A DNA stretch of 64,000 bases from Catajapyx aquilonaris (taxonomy: Eukaryota). Positions 62,410 to 64,000 of the stretch are shown here, in pieces. The notes beneath the pieces are model-generated. The model did no database searches and was not told the origin of the DNA. It was given only the letters and a program-made list of their open reading frames with translations. The stretch covers positions 1 to 64,000 of the forward strand of contig JYFJ02001931.1 in the NCBI GenBank assembly GCA_000934665.2, given 5' to 3'. Positions within the stretch are counted from its first letter, which is position 1. Each line of letters starts with the position of its first letter. The translations under genes were made by a program, and so were the position numbers.

Positions 62410-64000
62410 GTATGTATTAATCAAACGAAGCAAACTACACACCATCCATGACATTTCCCTATAACAGGAGTTAGCAGTGTAGGACACCAAGTCACTCACA
62501 GTAACAAAAACAGGCTTAAAAATTAAATCCATTAATAGGCTACATTCAATGAAATATAACCCATTAAAATATCAAATCTACAAAATAAAACGATTACTTT
62601 CCTGTTACGCGCTAGATATATTCCATTATACCTGCCTCATGTAAAAACACCCTGATCAATGTAACTCTTATCTGCATGACATTAACCCACTCTGGATATC
62701 CATCTTTCCTCAAGCTTTCAAAAGCTTACCATAACTTTTTCTGGCAATTTCAGCAGATTAATTCCATGACAATAAATTATTATTACAACCACACACTCCT
62801 TACCCTTATTTATGGAATAATAGCATCTCTTAAATCTTAAATACAACACCACCCTCAAAGGTAACTACACAAATTCGCCAAAAATTTAACACATTCCCAT
62901 CACCACATCTCACCACCTCAGAAGAAATAATGGCATCAATCTCAGGGGATTTACCTTAAATCAGGAGTCAAAAACACAGGGCCTTATGGAAGCATGCCGG
63001 GACATGCCTTTATAACCAAAAGTATGTTATGGCCGAGGCTGTTATATCCGAATTCAACTGTAATAAGTACAATGCGTTCATCCTAGAGCACGGGGTAACC
63101 GAGGTAACATTTCGCTAACAATATGTTGAGTTGGTAAACAAGTCTTGACAGAAAAAATCGGGGGGGGGGGGATTCAGAACTTCAATCCTGCAGCAGGTGG
63201 AACTGTGAGGTTTTGAACATAGATTCACACCAGAGTTATTGATTTAAAAAATAGAAACGTATTTTCTAGTGGGTTTTAAATTTTTTTGCGGCGTTTTGAA
63301 GAGGAATTCAGTTTAGCTTTAAATGGTATAGGAATGCACTTCACGACGGTGGGGATCTGTGTTAAAAATTTGGAAGCTCTACCTACAGCAAAACTTGACT
63401 TAGGGCGAATAAAAAAAACGTAACAAGAACAAGAACAAGATGCTGGAAAAATTAATTGTTGAAATGATACGCTACGTACGGTCTTTTTATTAATAGTCAA
63501 TACTGGTACAGGAACAATGAAATGACAATCATGTCCAAGATTACAATACATTAAACTACTCCTGTCAAAAAATAAACAAATAACACACATCTATACAATC
63601 ATTAATGTTGCTCTTCTCCAGTCATGTGTGCGATGTATGCGATGTATTTTAGGGGCTACCGCCCCTAAAATAGAAAGCTTGTGAGATATCAGAGCATCCT
63701 CGCAAAGCTCGTCAGCAATTATCCAGCATAACTTATCTGATTATAGTTATTCTCAGGAAAAATTCTACATACACAGCGACTCCTTAGGGTGCATTGACTG
63801 CAAGGGGTTCTCCAAAATGGCATAAAAAATATTAATTTCCACGTGATCTTTTGGCAGATACCACCAGGATATGCAACTACACAGGTGTGGATTGTATCAA
63901 CTCAAACGCACGTAAGTGAACCGAATTTCAAAAGTTCCCAAACATAATGCAGCACTTAAGTGCCTTATTTTACGTACAGGTAGATTCGCATCTATTGAAC

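Overview
Eukaryotic, intron-rich and TE-rich genomic DNA, most likely from an arthropod. The window is dominated by a tandem array of five same-strand (+) pickpocket-type DEG/ENaC channel genes. Four are complete (about 577-618 aa, with manual GT-AG splicing giving intact frames) and one runs off the right edge. All share the same 10-exon coding scaffold. Between genes 2 and 3, on the minus strand and not visible as a single ORF, is a spliced gene whose reconstructed product resembles a highly divergent dual oxidase maturation factor (DUOXA/Nip/moladietz family) with a long acidic (EDEEV)n tail. It lies head-to-head with channel gene 3. Introns and spacers hold a near full-length frameshifted non-LTR retrotransposon inserted in a palindromic (TAC)n(TAG)n microsatellite, a relic ORF1, several tRNA-derived SINEs and many MITEs, some nested three deep. 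All family assignments come from motif recognition by eye; no database search was run.
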